Part shown: piece by piece, positions 49,221 through 59,587 of the stretch
How positions within the stretch are numbered: position 1 is the first letter of the stretch
Layout of the letters: each line of letters starts with the position of its first letter
Source: Pseudolabrys sp.
GTDB taxonomy: Bacteria; Pseudomonadota; Alphaproteobacteria; Rhizobiales; Xanthobacteraceae
Assembly (NCBI GenBank): GCA_019689975.1
Contig: JADGGK010000002.1
Span: forward strand, 38,114 to 102,113
Length of the DNA: 64,000 bases
Direction: 5' to 3'
Made by a program: the position numbers and the translations under genes
Notes under the pieces: generated by a model
What the model was told of the DNA's origin: nothing
Databases searched by the model: none
What the model saw: the letters and a program-made list of their open reading frames with translations, nothing else

Positions 49221-50060
49221 TCATTTCTGCGGATACATGATCGTACGCAATTCCGGCCGCTGCCACTGCGGGCCGAGCACGCCTTGCTTGGCGCCGTAAT
49301 CGCGCGCGGACGCGATACCGTCATTGCTCGCGCGCATTTCGCGTGCGCGATCGAGACTCACCTCGACGGTGAAGAAGCCGGCCGCCGTGCTCTCGAACAC
49401 GATCTCTTCCGGCGTGGCGACCATCGCCAGTCCGCGCTCGGCGTGGTTGAACAGATTTTGCGTCGTGACGACGACGGCGAGGTTCTCGATCGCGCGCGAC
49501 CAGATCAGGTTGCGCCACGTTGCCCATAATTTGCGCTTATCCGTACCGGCGGGCATGAAGATCAGTTCGGCGCCGCGCAGCGCGAGCGCCCGCGTGACTT
49601 CCGGCATGTAGACCTCGCTGCACATCGCCATGCCGACCTTGCCCTGCGCGGTATCGAACACGGGAAATTCGTTGCCCGGCACGTATTGGAATTCCCACCA
49701 TTCTCCTCCGGTATAGATCCAGGGTCCGTTGGGATGCGTGCGTCGGTAACGTGCCGGCTCGCGGCCGTCGGCATAGGCCATGCAGATAAGATTGTGCGCC
49801 GTGCCCTCGTTGTGGCTGATCGGCTCGATCGTGCCGTAGACCGCGTTGACGCCGTGCCGCGCTGCGGCCGCGGCGATGCGGGGCGTCGGATCGAACGCCG
49901 CCGGCATCCGCCAGGGGCCCGGATAGGTCTCGGGAAAGCACACGAACTGTGCGCCCTCGCTTGCCGCGCGCGCAATGAAGCGTTCTGCGTCTGCCACGTT
50001 GTCCTCGGCCCGGTCGACCGGATGGGTGATCGGCTGCACGACGGCGATGCGGAATGTCAT
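49221..50060 (-). CDS. Carbon-nitrogen hydrolase (nitrilase superfamily) protein
   Basis: FVCFPETY (Glu), MAMCSEVY (Cys) and overall CN-hydrolase layout. 279 aa. Confidence 0.8.
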   Translation of the reverse strand: MTFRIAVVQPITHPVDRAEDNVADAERFIARAASEGAQFVCFPETYPGPWRMPAAFDPTPRIAAAAARHGVNAVYGTIEPISHNEGTAHNLICMAYADGREPARYRRTHPNGPWIYTGGEWWEFQYVPGNEFPVFDTAQGKVGMAMCSEVYMPEVTRALALRGAELIFMPAGTDKRKLWATWRNLIWSRAIENLAVVVTTQNLFNHAERGLAMVATPEEIVFESTAAGFFTVEVSLDRAREMRASNDGIASARDYGAKQGVLGPQWQRPELRTIMYPQK

Positions 50061-50108
50061 CTCCGGACTCCCTCCATGATCCGAGCTTGAAGGCGCCGAG
50101 GGGCGCGG

Positions 50109-51161
50109 TCAAGCCAGGGCACGATCGACCGCGGCAAGCACCTGTTCGGCCGCGAGCCTGTCGAGGCAGGCGCTGCGGCTGTCGCGACGGCGTTCGCACC
50201 CTTCAAGTTGGCAGGGCAGACACGGAAAGGGGTTCTGCACCAGCCACACGTTGCCGCGATTCTGGATCGTGCCGCTCGCGTCCCACGGCACCGCGAGCCC
50301 GCCCCGCGGCCAGGGACCCCAGAGGCGCGGATCGGTCGGACCATAGATCGCTACCGTCGGGCATCCCGTCGCCGCGGCGAGATGGGTTGCCGCGGTGTCG
50401 GTGCCGATGAAGACCCGGGCGTCGGCAAGCAGGGCCGCAATTTGCGGCCAGGGCCATTGGCGCACGGCGGCATCGTCCTGCAACAGTTCGGCGAGGAAAG
50501 CGCGTTCCGCCTCGCTCGGCCCGGCGACGGCGATCACCGCCAGGCCGCGTTGCCGCAGGTGACGCGCGAGCGTGCGCCAGCCTGCGGCCGTCCACTGCTT
50601 GTAGCGGTACATCGGCGTCGCATGAATCACGGCATAGGGCGCGGCGGGCGCGCAGGCGGCTATTGCCCGCGGCGCGATCACGTCGGAGGCCCGCGCGATG
50701 CCGATCGCGTCTGCGAGCCGGAGCATGAGCTCGACGCGATGCACGTCCGGTGCCTCCGGCACGGCGCGGACGAGGAGCGCATGTTTGATGGCCGCGCCGA
50801 TGCCACCGTGCGGGTCGACGAGGGCCACGCGCCGTTTGCCGGCGATCCAGGCGAACGCGTGCGGCCGGTCGCCGGCCTGTACCGCGATCGCCAGATCGTA
50901 GCGTCGCCACAATTTGCAAATCAGCCGCAGCGTAGAGCCCATGCCTGCGCGGTGCGGCATGGCGATGACCTGGCGGAGGTCGCCGTTACCTTGCAGGATG
51001 CCCTCTGTCCCCGCAAACACCAGCGCATCGATGACGGCGTCCGGCCAAGCGCGCGCGAGGCTGCGGATGAGCGGCGTGGTCAGCAGAACATCGCCGATGC
51101 GGCGAAGCGCGATCGCAAGGATACGCGGACATTCGGGCAGGCTCTCCTTCAGCGTCGCCAT
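50109..51161 (-). CDS. Glycosyltransferase family 9 (LPS heptosyltransferase-like)
   Basis: Met 138 of ORF 50109..51572. ILAIALRRIGDVLLTTPLIRSL N-terminus and FIGTDTAATHLAAATGCPTVAIYGPT C-terminus, both typical of GT9. Confidence 0.85.
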   Translation of the reverse strand: MATLKESLPECPRILAIALRRIGDVLLTTPLIRSLARAWPDAVIDALVFAGTEGILQGNGDLRQVIAMPHRAGMGSTLRLICKLWRRYDLAIAVQAGDRPHAFAWIAGKRRVALVDPHGGIGAAIKHALLVRAVPEAPDVHRVELMLRLADAIGIARASDVIAPRAIAACAPAAPYAVIHATPMYRYKQWTAAGWRTLARHLRQRGLAVIAVAGPSEAERAFLAELLQDDAAVRQWPWPQIAALLADARVFIGTDTAATHLAAATGCPTVAIYGPTDPRLWGPWPRGGLAVPWDASGTIQNRGNVWLVQNPFPCLPCQLEGCERRRDSRSACLDRLAAEQVLAAVDRALA

Positions 51162-51467
51162 CGTCGCGGGCCGGAATCTGGCGTCGGATGCTCTGCCTCG
51201 CGCGATCCGCCGCACACGGCCCCCGGCTCGCGGCCGGGCTTGCCGGGCTGCACGGCGGCGGGCCCGAACGAGGTTCTGAGCGCGGTGCCGATCGTGATCG
51301 GAGTCATTGCGGCGATCTTGGGGCGGGGTCGGGCGCAAGGCAACCCGCGCGCATCCGCCTCGGTCGGAGCCGGGGGCTACGGGGGGCGGAGCGAGGTTTC
51401 TTCCGCGGTAGCGGATGGCGCCGATCCTCTCGCCTTGCTTTCCGCCGGCAATGGCCCGATATAGGTC

Positions 51468-51568
51468 GGCGGGAGGTTGGCGGTGGACGAGCCACTCGCC
51501 AACCGGGTCAGGTCCGGAAGGAAGCAGCCCTAACGAGCGCGGTTCGGGTCGCTCGTCAGCCTCCCACC
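51468..51568 (+). ncRNA. ffs: Signal recognition particle RNA (small/4.5S type)
   Basis: Conserved domain IV core GGUCAGGUCCGGAAGGAAGCAGCC at 51506-51529. Closing helix GGGAGG (51471-76) / CCUCCC (51560-65) and GACGAGC / GCUCGUC pairing. Position immediately upstream of dnaX. Confidence 0.9.
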
Positions 51569-51627
51569 TCAACGTTCCTGATCGCGATCGAAGCGCGGGC
51601 GTGTCCCCGCGTCCGGCGGATGGCAGG

Positions 51628-53376
51628 ATGAGCGAGCCCGCAGACAGCGTCGACCGTACCGCCGGAACCGGCTATCGCGTGCTCCCGCGCAAATACCGAC
51701 CGACGAGCTTTGCCGACCTCATCGGCCAGGAGGCCATGGTGCGCACCATTTCGAATGCGTTCGAGACCGGACGCATTCCGCAAGCCTGGATCCTGACCGG
51801 CGTGCGCGGCGTCGGCAAGACGACCACCGCGCGCATCCTTGCGCGCGCGCTCAATTACGAATTGCCGGACGGCTCGATCAAGGCGCCCACCGTCGTGATG
51901 CCCGTGATGGGCGTGCACGACCAGGCGATCATGGAAAGTCGGCATCCGGACGTGCTCGAGATGGATGCGGCCTCGCACAACAGCGTCGAGGACGTGCGGC
52001 AGATCAACGACGCCGTCCGTTACGCGCCGATGTCGGCGCGCTACAAGGTCTACATCCTCGACGAAGTGCACATGCTCTCGGGCGCCGCCTTCAATGCGCT
52101 GCTCAAGACGCTGGAAGAACCGCCGCCGCACGCGAAATTCATTTTCGCGACGACGGAAATCCGCAAGGTTCCCGTCACCGTGCTCTCGCGCTGCCAGCGC
52201 TTCGATCTACGTCGCGTCGAGGCGGCGCTGCTGGTGAAGCATCTTGCGGCCATCGCGGCCAAGGAGCGCGTCGAGGTTGAGCCGGACGCGTTGGCTCTGA
52301 TCGCGCGGGCGGCGGAAGGCTCGGTGCGCGACGCGCTGTCGTTGCTCGATCAGGCGATCGCGCATGCCGCCGGCCCCGTGCGCGCCGAGGATGTGAGGCA
52401 GATGCTCGGCCTTGCCGACCGCGTCCGAGTGGTTGACCTGTTCGAAGCCTTGATGAAGGGCGACGCCGCCGCCGCGCTCGGCGAGCTGCGCGAGCAGTAC
52501 CTGATCGGTGCCGACCCTGCCGTGGTGCTCGGCGACCTTGCCGAATTCACCCACTTCGTGACCCGCGTCAAGGTCGTGCCGGCGGTCGCCGACGACGTCG
52601 CGATCTCCGAAGCCGAGCGTATGCGCGGACGAGATTTCGCCGCCAGGCTCTCGATGAGTGTTCTGTCGCGCACGTGGCAGATGCTGCTCAGGGGTATTTC
52701 CGAAGTGCAGGGTTCCGGTCGCCCGGTCGCCGCCGCCGAGATGGTGCTGATACGCATAGCCTATGCCGCAAGCTTGCCGACGCCGGAGGACGTCGTGCGC
52801 TCGTTGCAGGACGAGGGCGCATCCGGGCCGTCGGGCAATGGCGGCGCGGCGCCGACAAGCCCGGCTCAGGTGCCGCGTTATGAGATCCCGCGTAGCTCGC
52901 CGCGCTCCGCCGCGGCGCTGTCGCCGCGGCTGGTTTTGGAACCGTCGGCGCAGCCGCAGGAGACGCGTCCGCTCGAGCTCGGCAGTTTCGAAGAGATCGT
53001 CGCGCTTGCCCAGCAGAAGCGCGACATCAACATGAAGCTCGCGCTTGAGCGCGACGTGCGCCTGGTGCGCTGCGAGGACGGTCGGCTCGAGATCGCGCTC
53101 GAGCCTTCGGCGTCGAAGACCTTGGTGCATGACCTGACGCGCAAGCTTTCCGCTTGGACCGGCAAGCGCTGGGTGGTCACGGTATCGCAGGAGGCGGGCG
53201 CGCCGACTCTCCGCGCACAGGCCGAAGCGCGCCAAGCCGAGATGGAGCGAGGCGTGCAGGCGGATCCGCTGGTGCAGGCGGTTTTGGCCCGTTTTCCGGG
53301 AGCAAAGATCGTTAACGTGACGCAGGTCGATGCGCCGGAGATGCCGCCCGACTATGACAGCCCCTCCGAGGATTGA
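51628..53376 (+). CDS. dnaX: DNA polymerase III subunits gamma/tau
   Basis: Met 72 of ORF 51415..53376. YRVLPRKYRPTSFADLIGQE, Walker A GVRGVGKTTTARI, DEVHMLS, SRCQRF. The upstream extension overlaps ffs. Confidence 0.95.
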   Translation: MSEPADSVDRTAGTGYRVLPRKYRPTSFADLIGQEAMVRTISNAFETGRIPQAWILTGVRGVGKTTTARILARALNYELPDGSIKAPTVVMPVMGVHDQAIMESRHPDVLEMDAASHNSVEDVRQINDAVRYAPMSARYKVYILDEVHMLSGAAFNALLKTLEEPPPHAKFIFATTEIRKVPVTVLSRCQRFDLRRVEAALLVKHLAAIAAKERVEVEPDALALIARAAEGSVRDALSLLDQAIAHAAGPVRAEDVRQMLGLADRVRVVDLFEALMKGDAAAALGELREQYLIGADPAVVLGDLAEFTHFVTRVKVVPAVADDVAISEAERMRGRDFAARLSMSVLSRTWQMLLRGISEVQGSGRPVAAAEMVLIRIAYAASLPTPEDVVRSLQDEGASGPSGNGGAAPTSPAQVPRYEIPRSSPRSAAALSPRLVLEPSAQPQETRPLELGSFEEIVALAQQKRDINMKLALERDVRLVRCEDGRLEIALEPSASKTLVHDLTRKLSAWTGKRWVVTVSQEAGAPTLRAQAEARQAEMERGVQADPLVQAVLARFPGAKIVNVTQVDAPEMPPDYDSPSED

Positions 53377-53379
53377 ACA

Positions 53380-53700
53380 ATGCCCGACATTATGGGCCTC
53401 ATGAAACAGGCCGCGCAGCTGCAAAGCAGGATGCAGGAGTTGCAGGCCGAGCTCGATCGCATCGAGGTCGAGGGTATCGCCGGCGGAGGGTTGGTGAAGG
53501 TGCGCCTCACGGCCAAAGGCGAGCTCAAGGGCGTCGAGGCCGATGATTCGCTCATGCAGCCGTCGGAGAAGGAGATCCTGGAGGATCTGCTCATCGCCGC
53601 TCACGCTGATGCGCGCAAGAAGGTCGAAGCGCTCCTGCAAGAGAAAATGAAGGCCCTGGCCGGGGGGTTGCCGCTGCCACCCGGATTCGGCCTCGGATAA
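53380..53700 (+). CDS. ybaB: YbaB/EbfC family nucleoid-associated protein
   Basis: 106 aa. MGLMKQAAQLQSRMQELQAELD...; position between dnaX and recR. Confidence 0.92.
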   Translation: MPDIMGLMKQAAQLQSRMQELQAELDRIEVEGIAGGGLVKVRLTAKGELKGVEADDSLMQPSEKEILEDLLIAAHADARKKVEALLQEKMKALAGGLPLPPGFGLG

Positions 53701-53760
53701 GGCGCCGTCCCCGCTCGCCGGGAGACCCGGAAAACACGAATTCTTTCCATGGCTTAGCGC

Positions 53761-54366
53761 ATGCCCGCCGCCGTCGCCGGACCCGAAATCGAACGCCTGA
53801 TCCAGTTGCTGGCGCGTCTGCCGGGGCTTGGACCGCGCTCGGCACGGCGCGCCGCGCTCTTTCTCATCAAAAAGCGCGTGGCGCTGATGGCGCCGCTTGC
53901 CGACGCGCTGCAGAATGCGATGCAGAAAATTGCCGTCTGCAAGGTCTGCGGCAATATCGACACGCAGAATCCCTGCACGATCTGCACCGATGAACGGCGC
54001 GACGCCTCGATCATCGTGGTCGTTGCCGACGTGTCGGATCTGTGGGCGCTCGAGCGGGCACAGGCCGTCAACGGCCGCTATCACGTGCTCGGCGGCACGC
54101 TTTCCCCGCTCGATGGCGTCGGCCCGCAGGACCTTTCGATCGACGCCCTGGTCGCGCGCGCGCACGAGCCTTCGGTGCAGGAGGTGATCCTGGCGCTGAA
54201 CGCAACGGTCGACGGCCAGACCACGGCGCACTACATCACCGAACTTCTGCTCGACGCGAGGGTGAAGGTCACGCGGCTCGCGCACGGCGTTCCCGTCGGC
54301 GGCGAGCTGGATTACCTTGACGAGGGCACGCTTGCCGCCGCCATCCGACAGCGCACGACCCTCTAG
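53761..54366 (+). CDS. recR: Recombination protein RecR
   Basis: [13 protein letters not shown] HhH, zinc finger [16 protein letters not shown], and Toprim region [13 protein letters not shown]. Confidence 0.96.
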   Translation: MPAAVAGPEIERLIQLLARLPGLGPRSARRAALFLIKKRVALMAPLADALQNAMQKIAVCKVCGNIDTQNPCTICTDERRDASIIVVVADVSDLWALERAQAVNGRYHVLGGTLSPLDGVGPQDLSIDALVARAHEPSVQEVILALNATVDGQTTAHYITELLLDARVKVTRLAHGVPVGGELDYLDEGTLAAAIRQRTTL

Positions 54367-55727
54367 CCGTCGCCGGCAAACAGCCGTTTGAAATGCCCGC
54401 CGGCCTGCAGGCGGGCGAGCAGCAGCATGCCGGGCAGCGCCGTAAGGGAGCAGAGGACGAAGAACCAGGCCCAGCCTGTGGCACTCGCCAGATAGCCGGT
54501 GCCGATCGAGAATACATTGCGGCCGAGCGCGGCCAGGGCCGTGAGCAGCGCATATTGCGTGGCCGTATGCAGGGGGTTCTTGCAAAGCGCGGAAAGGTAG
54601 GCGACGAAAATCACCGTGCCCACGGCGTCGGCGAAATTGGCGAGGCTGACGACGACGGCAAGTGCGACAAGATCGCGGCCGATCATCGCCTGCGCCGAGA
54701 ACGCAAGGAGCGTGACGGTCTGCGCCACCGCGCCGATCCAGATGCTCGTCGACAGAGAATAGGCGCGCGCGATGAGCCCGCCCGCGAACCCCCCGAGCAG
54801 CGTGGCGGCGAAGCCAACGCCCTTGGTGACCGCCGCCAGCTCCGGCAGCGAGAAGCCGAGGTCGAGCACGAACGGCGTGATCATTGCCTGTGCGAGTGCA
54901 TCGGCGAGCTTGAACAGGGCGACGAAAACCAGCGCGGTGATCGCCATGTCGCGCGTCAGGAATTCGGTAAAACTCGCCGCGGCGGCAGCCGCGGCACGGC
55001 GCAGCGGGTCGTCGGCTGCGCGGCGTGCGTGGTCGGTCATGGCGAGGCGCGACGTTTCAGGCTCCGTCGCTGCCAGCGTGGCGATGAGGCCGATGAGCAC
55101 GAGCCCCGCCATGATCAGATAGGTCACGGTCCAGGCCGACGGCAGCGTGACGCCCTGCTGGGCGAGGCTGTCGACGAGCGCCAGCGCTCCCGCGCCTGCA
55201 ACCAACACGCCGACCCGATAGGCGGCGACATAGGACGCCATGCCGGCGGCCTGCTCGTCTTCGGGGAGGCTTTCGACGCGGAACGCGTCGATGACGATGT
55301 CCTGGGTCGCGGAAGCCACGGCCACCAACAGTGCGCCGCCGGCGATCAGCATCGGGCGTGCCGCCGGGTCGCCAAGGCCGAGCACGGCGATCGCCGCCAT
55401 GAGCAGGAGCTGCGAGCTGATGAGCCAAGCGCGGCGGCGGCCCAGCCGTCGCGACAGCAGGGGAATGTCAAGAGCATCGATCACCGGCGCCCAGAGAAAT
55501 TTTGCCGAATAGGGAATGCCGACGGCGCCGACGAGACCGATGGTGCCGATGTCGACCCCGCGCGTCTTGAGCCAGGCCTGCAACGTGCCGCCTGACAAGG
55601 CCAGCGGCAGGCCGGACGAGAAGCCGAGTAGCAGGATGATCAGAACCCGCGGCTTGAGATAGACCGCGAGCGCGTCCAGCATTCGCGCCCTGCCCGACGC
55701 GTCGCGCCCGCCAGGATCCACGCTCAT
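54363..55727 (-). CDS. ampG: AmpG-family muropeptide MFS permease
   Basis: [24 protein letters not shown] and LGRRRAWL motifs. 454 aa, about 12-14 TM segments. Confidence 0.85.
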   Translation of the reverse strand: MSVDPGGRDASGRARMLDALAVYLKPRVLIILLLGFSSGLPLALSGGTLQAWLKTRGVDIGTIGLVGAVGIPYSAKFLWAPVIDALDIPLLSRRLGRRRAWLISSQLLLMAAIAVLGLGDPAARPMLIAGGALLVAVASATQDIVIDAFRVESLPEDEQAAGMASYVAAYRVGVLVAGAGALALVDSLAQQGVTLPSAWTVTYLIMAGLVLIGLIATLAATEPETSRLAMTDHARRAADDPLRRAAAAAAASFTEFLTRDMAITALVFVALFKLADALAQAMITPFVLDLGFSLPELAAVTKGVGFAATLLGGFAGGLIARAYSLSTSIWIGAVAQTVTLLAFSAQAMIGRDLVALAVVVSLANFADAVGTVIFVAYLSALCKNPLHTATQYALLTALAALGRNVFSIGTGYLASATGWAWFFVLCSLTALPGMLLLARLQAGGHFKRLFAGDG

Positions 55728-56818
55728 TTTCCCGCTTCGACAGGGCGCGTCGCCGGCGGTAGGATGGCGGCGGACGGTATATCGTCGCCATCGAATTCGA
55801 CCGCCTGGATTCTTTCGCCGCGGTTCAGGATCTTCTGCGTCGAGATCGTAATCTGCTCGATATCCTTGTTGGCTTGGGCGAAATGTCGGCCGAGGTGTTC
55901 GACGCGATCTTTCAGTCGCTGCACATCGTCGATCAGCAGCGCCACCTCGGCCAAAATCCTGTCTGCGGCCGCGCGCATTGCCCAGTCCTTGCGGATCTGC
56001 TGAATCACCTGGATCGCCAGCATAAGAAGCGATGGCGACACGATGATAACCCTTGCACGGTAGGCCTTTTGGAAAATGTCATCGAAACTGTCGTATAGCT
56101 CGCAATAGATTGATTCCGATGGCACGAACATCAACGCCATGTCCTGGGTTTCGCCGGGGATAAGATATTTTTCCGCGATGTCGGTGAGGTGCTTGGCGAC
56201 ATCCTGACGCACGCGCGCGGCCGCGAGCTTGCGCTCTTCCTCGCTTTTTGCCGCGCGGAAGGCGCTCACCGCTTCCAGCGGAAACTTGGCGTCGATGACC
56301 AGGGGCGGCGCGTCGGGAAGATAGATGCAGCAATCCGGGCGCGCCCGATTGGAAAGCGTGGGCTGGAATTCGTAGCTGTCCTTCGGCAATCGATCTTGGA
56401 TGATTGCTTCCATCTGACCCTGCCCGAAAGCGCCGCGCGACTGTTTGTCGGCGAGGACCTGCTGCAACGTGGTCACCTGTGAGGCGAGATCGGTGATGTT
56501 TTTCTGTGCGTTGTCGATCACTGCAAGCCGCGCGTGCAGCTGCTGCAGATGCTCGGTCGTCTGTTTGGCCGAGTTCTGCATCGAGTCGCCGAGCCGGGCG
56601 CTCACCGCATCGAGTCGTTCGGTGACGGCCTGCTGCAGTTGCGCCTGCGCCTTGGCGAGCAGATCGGCCATGGTCTGCACGCGGGTATTGAGTTCGACGA
56701 GTCGTGCTTCCGCGGTGGGATCGCTTGCCGGGGGCCTGGGTCGCAGCGCTAGCACCATGACGGCCGCAAGACAGACGGCCGCGATCGACGCCAAAGCAAT
56801 GACGAGGGCTTGCTCCAT
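55724..56818 (-). CDS. rmuC: DNA recombination protein RmuC
   Basis: N-terminal anchor, long coiled coil, C-terminal RmuC nuclease-like domain (PDCCIYLPDAPPLVIDAKFPLEA, MFVPSESIY). Confidence 0.9.
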   Translation of the reverse strand: MEQALVIALASIAAVCLAAVMVLALRPRPPASDPTAEARLVELNTRVQTMADLLAKAQAQLQQAVTERLDAVSARLGDSMQNSAKQTTEHLQQLHARLAVIDNAQKNITDLASQVTTLQQVLADKQSRGAFGQGQMEAIIQDRLPKDSYEFQPTLSNRARPDCCIYLPDAPPLVIDAKFPLEAVSAFRAAKSEEERKLAAARVRQDVAKHLTDIAEKYLIPGETQDMALMFVPSESIYCELYDSFDDIFQKAYRARVIIVSPSLLMLAIQVIQQIRKDWAMRAAADRILAEVALLIDDVQRLKDRVEHLGRHFAQANKDIEQITISTQKILNRGERIQAVEFDGDDIPSAAILPPATRPVEAGK

Positions 56819-57037
56819 GGGTCCGCTTTCTATGCGATTCGGCGGCGTGCACGAACGAAAGGCGAACGGTAGGCCGGGTCGGCGGAGGACTCAAGGCGCT
56901 CCGCGCGTTCGGGCCGGGTCTTCGACGACAGGGTGGCGACCTGCATGGCCGTCGGCTGGCGCCTTTCAGGCGCGCCAATCGTGCGCGCGCGGCAATTCGC
57001 ATTGACCGATTTCGTGCCGCCAACTACATGCGCCCCC

Positions 57038-57598
57038 ATGGCGATACGCGAGATCCTGATTCTGCCCGACAAGCGGTTGCGGATGAAGTCGGAGCCGGTC
57101 AAAACGATCGACCGGCAGCTGCGTGCGCTCGTCGACGATATGTTCGAAACCATGTATGCCGCGCCGGGGATAGGACTCGCCGCGATCCAGATCGGCGTCC
57201 CGCAGCGCGTGGTCACCATGGATCTCGCCAAGAAGGACCAGCCCAAGGCGCCGCAGGTCTTCATCAATCCAGAGGTCATTTGGTCGTCCGACGAGACGGC
57301 GACCCGCGAGGAGGGCTGTCTGTCGATCCCTGAATATTATGAAGAAGTGACGCGGCCAAAACTGGTCAGGGTCAGGTTTCTCGATCTCGACGGCCGGCCG
57401 CAGGAGGTCGAAGCCGACGGGCTGTTCTCGACCTGTCTTCAGCACGAGATCGATCACACCAACGGTATCCTCTTCATCGATTATCTTTCTCGCCTCAAGC
57501 GCGACATGGTGATGAAACGGTTCAGGAAAGCGGCGAAACGCGGCGAAGCCGCGCGCCCTTCGTCGGCGGATGATGAGCCCTCGCACCATCTCGGATAG
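57038..57598 (+). CDS. def: Peptide deformylase
   Basis: Met 36 of ORF 56933..57598. [17 protein letters not shown], and QHEIDH metal-binding motifs. Confidence 0.95.
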   Translation: MAIREILILPDKRLRMKSEPVKTIDRQLRALVDDMFETMYAAPGIGLAAIQIGVPQRVVTMDLAKKDQPKAPQVFINPEVIWSSDETATREEGCLSIPEYYEEVTRPKLVRVRFLDLDGRPQEVEADGLFSTCLQHEIDHTNGILFIDYLSRLKRDMVMKRFRKAAKRGEAARPSSADDEPSHHLG

Positions 57599-57808
57599 CA
57601 TCCGCTTGGGTAGCGGGCGATTCGCGCGTCGCTCTTGCTGCAATCCTTTCCCGGCGCGCCGTATCCGTGGGGCGTGCGCCATAGCCCTGGATCGCGCGCG
57701 GGTTTGCGGCCGGCCTGCGCTCGGAGAGAGAGCGGGTCCGACAGCTGAACTTCGGCCGCCGCGGGACGTGGATCGAACGGCCGGAGCACGAGCAGCGCCA
57801 GGTCCGCC

Positions 57809-58729
57809 ATGTCGCTGCGACTGATATTCATGGGCACGCCGGAATTCGCGGTGCCGACCCTCGTCGAGCTCGCCCGGCGCGGACACGAGATTATTGCCGT
57901 CTACACACGCGCAGCCAAGCCTGCGGGCCGGGGGATGGCCGTGCAGGTCACGCCGGTCGAGCGTGAAGCTCGCCGCTTGGGATTGCCCGTGCTCACGCCG
58001 CCAAGCCTGCGGGGCGAAGCGGAACAGGCGGCGTTCTTAACGCATCGCGCCGACGCGGCCGTCGTCGTTGCATACGGCCTGATCCTGCCGCCGCGCGTGC
58101 TCGAAGCCCCGCGGTTCGGGTGCTTCAACCTCCACGCGTCATTGTTGCCGCGCTGGCGCGGCGCGGCGCCGATCAATCGAGCCATCATGGCGGGCGATAC
58201 CGAAACGGGCGTCACCGTGATGAAAATGGAAGAAGGTCTGGACACGGGCGCCATCGCCATGGCCGAGCGCGTGGCGATCGGCGCCGATATGACCGCCGGC
58301 GAACTGCATGACGCGCTCGCGCAGTGCGGCGCCGACCTTATGGCGCGGGCCTGCGAGGCACTCGAGCGCGGGACGCTCGAGCTTCGGCCGCAACCGTCCG
58401 CGGGCGTCACCTACGCGGCCAAGATTTCGAAGGAAGAGACGCGCATCGACTGGCGCAAACCCTGGTGCGAGGTGCACAATCACGTTCGCGGCCTATCTCC
58501 CTTTCCCGGTGCGTGGTTTGCGGTCGACGGCGTGCGAGTGAAGGTTCTGCGTTCGACAAGGGGGGAGGGCAGCGGCGTCCCCGGAACCGTGCTCGATCGA
58601 AGGTTCACGGTGGCCTGCGGTGGGGGCGCGATCCGGCTCACCCGTGTGCAGCGCGCCGGAGGGCAGGCGATGGATGCCGAGGATTTCCTGCGCGGCCTGC
58701 GCCTGGATGCGGGAGCGGTCCTCCGCTGA
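57809..58729 (+). CDS. fmt: Methionyl-tRNA formyltransferase
   Basis: [32 protein letters not shown]. 306 aa. Confidence 0.95.
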   Translation: MSLRLIFMGTPEFAVPTLVELARRGHEIIAVYTRAAKPAGRGMAVQVTPVEREARRLGLPVLTPPSLRGEAEQAAFLTHRADAAVVVAYGLILPPRVLEAPRFGCFNLHASLLPRWRGAAPINRAIMAGDTETGVTVMKMEEGLDTGAIAMAERVAIGADMTAGELHDALAQCGADLMARACEALERGTLELRPQPSAGVTYAAKISKEETRIDWRKPWCEVHNHVRGLSPFPGAWFAVDGVRVKVLRSTRGEGSGVPGTVLDRRFTVACGGGAIRLTRVQRAGGQAMDAEDFLRGLRLDAGAVLR

Positions 58730-58827
58730 GGAGGTGCTCCGCGAAGGCGGCGCGCGATGGCGTGACTTCCCCCAGGTATGCGTCTACTGAAGGCTCGGAC
58801 CGATCCCGGCGACTGCAGGCGGCGACG

Positions 58828-59565
58828 ATGCCTCGCTACAAGCTCACTCTGGAATATGACGGCACGCCCTTCGCCGGCTGGCAGGCGCAGGCCGAGGGCC
58901 TCACGGTGCAGGCCGTTCTGACCGCGGCGGTGGAAGCCTTCAGCGGCGACAAAAGCTTCGTGCAGGGTGCGGGACGCACCGACGCGGGCGTGCACGCGCG
59001 GGGACAGGTGGCGCATGTCGATCTCAGTCGGGAGTGGGATGCCGATACCGTGCGCGACGCGCTCAACGCGCATCTGCGACCGCACCCCATTGCGGTTCTG
59101 GCGGCCGAACGTGCGGCAGAGAATTTCGACGCCCGCCGGTCGGCGGTCAGGCGCCATTACCTTTACCGCATCGTCAATCGCCGTCCCGACCTGACGCTCG
59201 ACATCGGCCGCGCCTGGCGCGTGCCGCGCCCGCTGGACGCAGCGGCGATGCATGCGGCCGCGCAACGGCTCGTGGGCCGGCACGATTTCACCACGTTCCG
59301 CTCGAGCGACTGTCAGGCCAAGTCGCCGATCAAGACGCTCGACGCGCTGGTGGTCGCGCGCGAAGGCGACGTGGTGACAATTTTGGCCTCCGCGCGTTCC
59401 TTCCTGCACAATCAGGTGCGTTCGATGGTAGGCTCGCTGGTGCTCATCGGCGAGGGCAAGTGGAACGCGGACGATCTTTCGCGCGCGCTCGAGGCGCGCA
59501 ATCGCGCCGCCTGCGGTCCGGTTGCGCCGCCCGAAGGGCTCTATCTAATGCGGGTCGATTACTGA
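58828..59565 (+). CDS. truA: tRNA pseudouridine(38-40) synthase TruA
   Basis: Met 169 of ORF 58324..59565. [30 protein letters not shown] catalytic Asp. Confidence 0.94.
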   Translation: MPRYKLTLEYDGTPFAGWQAQAEGLTVQAVLTAAVEAFSGDKSFVQGAGRTDAGVHARGQVAHVDLSREWDADTVRDALNAHLRPHPIAVLAAERAAENFDARRSAVRRHYLYRIVNRRPDLTLDIGRAWRVPRPLDAAAMHAAAQRLVGRHDFTTFRSSDCQAKSPIKTLDALVVAREGDVVTILASARSFLHNQVRSMVGSLVLIGEGKWNADDLSRALEARNRAACGPVAPPEGLYLMRVDY

Positions 59566-59587
59566 TCGTGCCGCGCGTCGACCTTCT

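Noticed and set aside
51628-53376. Programmed -1 frameshift site (A AAA AAG type) for the gamma subunit in dnaX.
   Set aside because: I saw no A-rich slippery heptamer anywhere in the gene.
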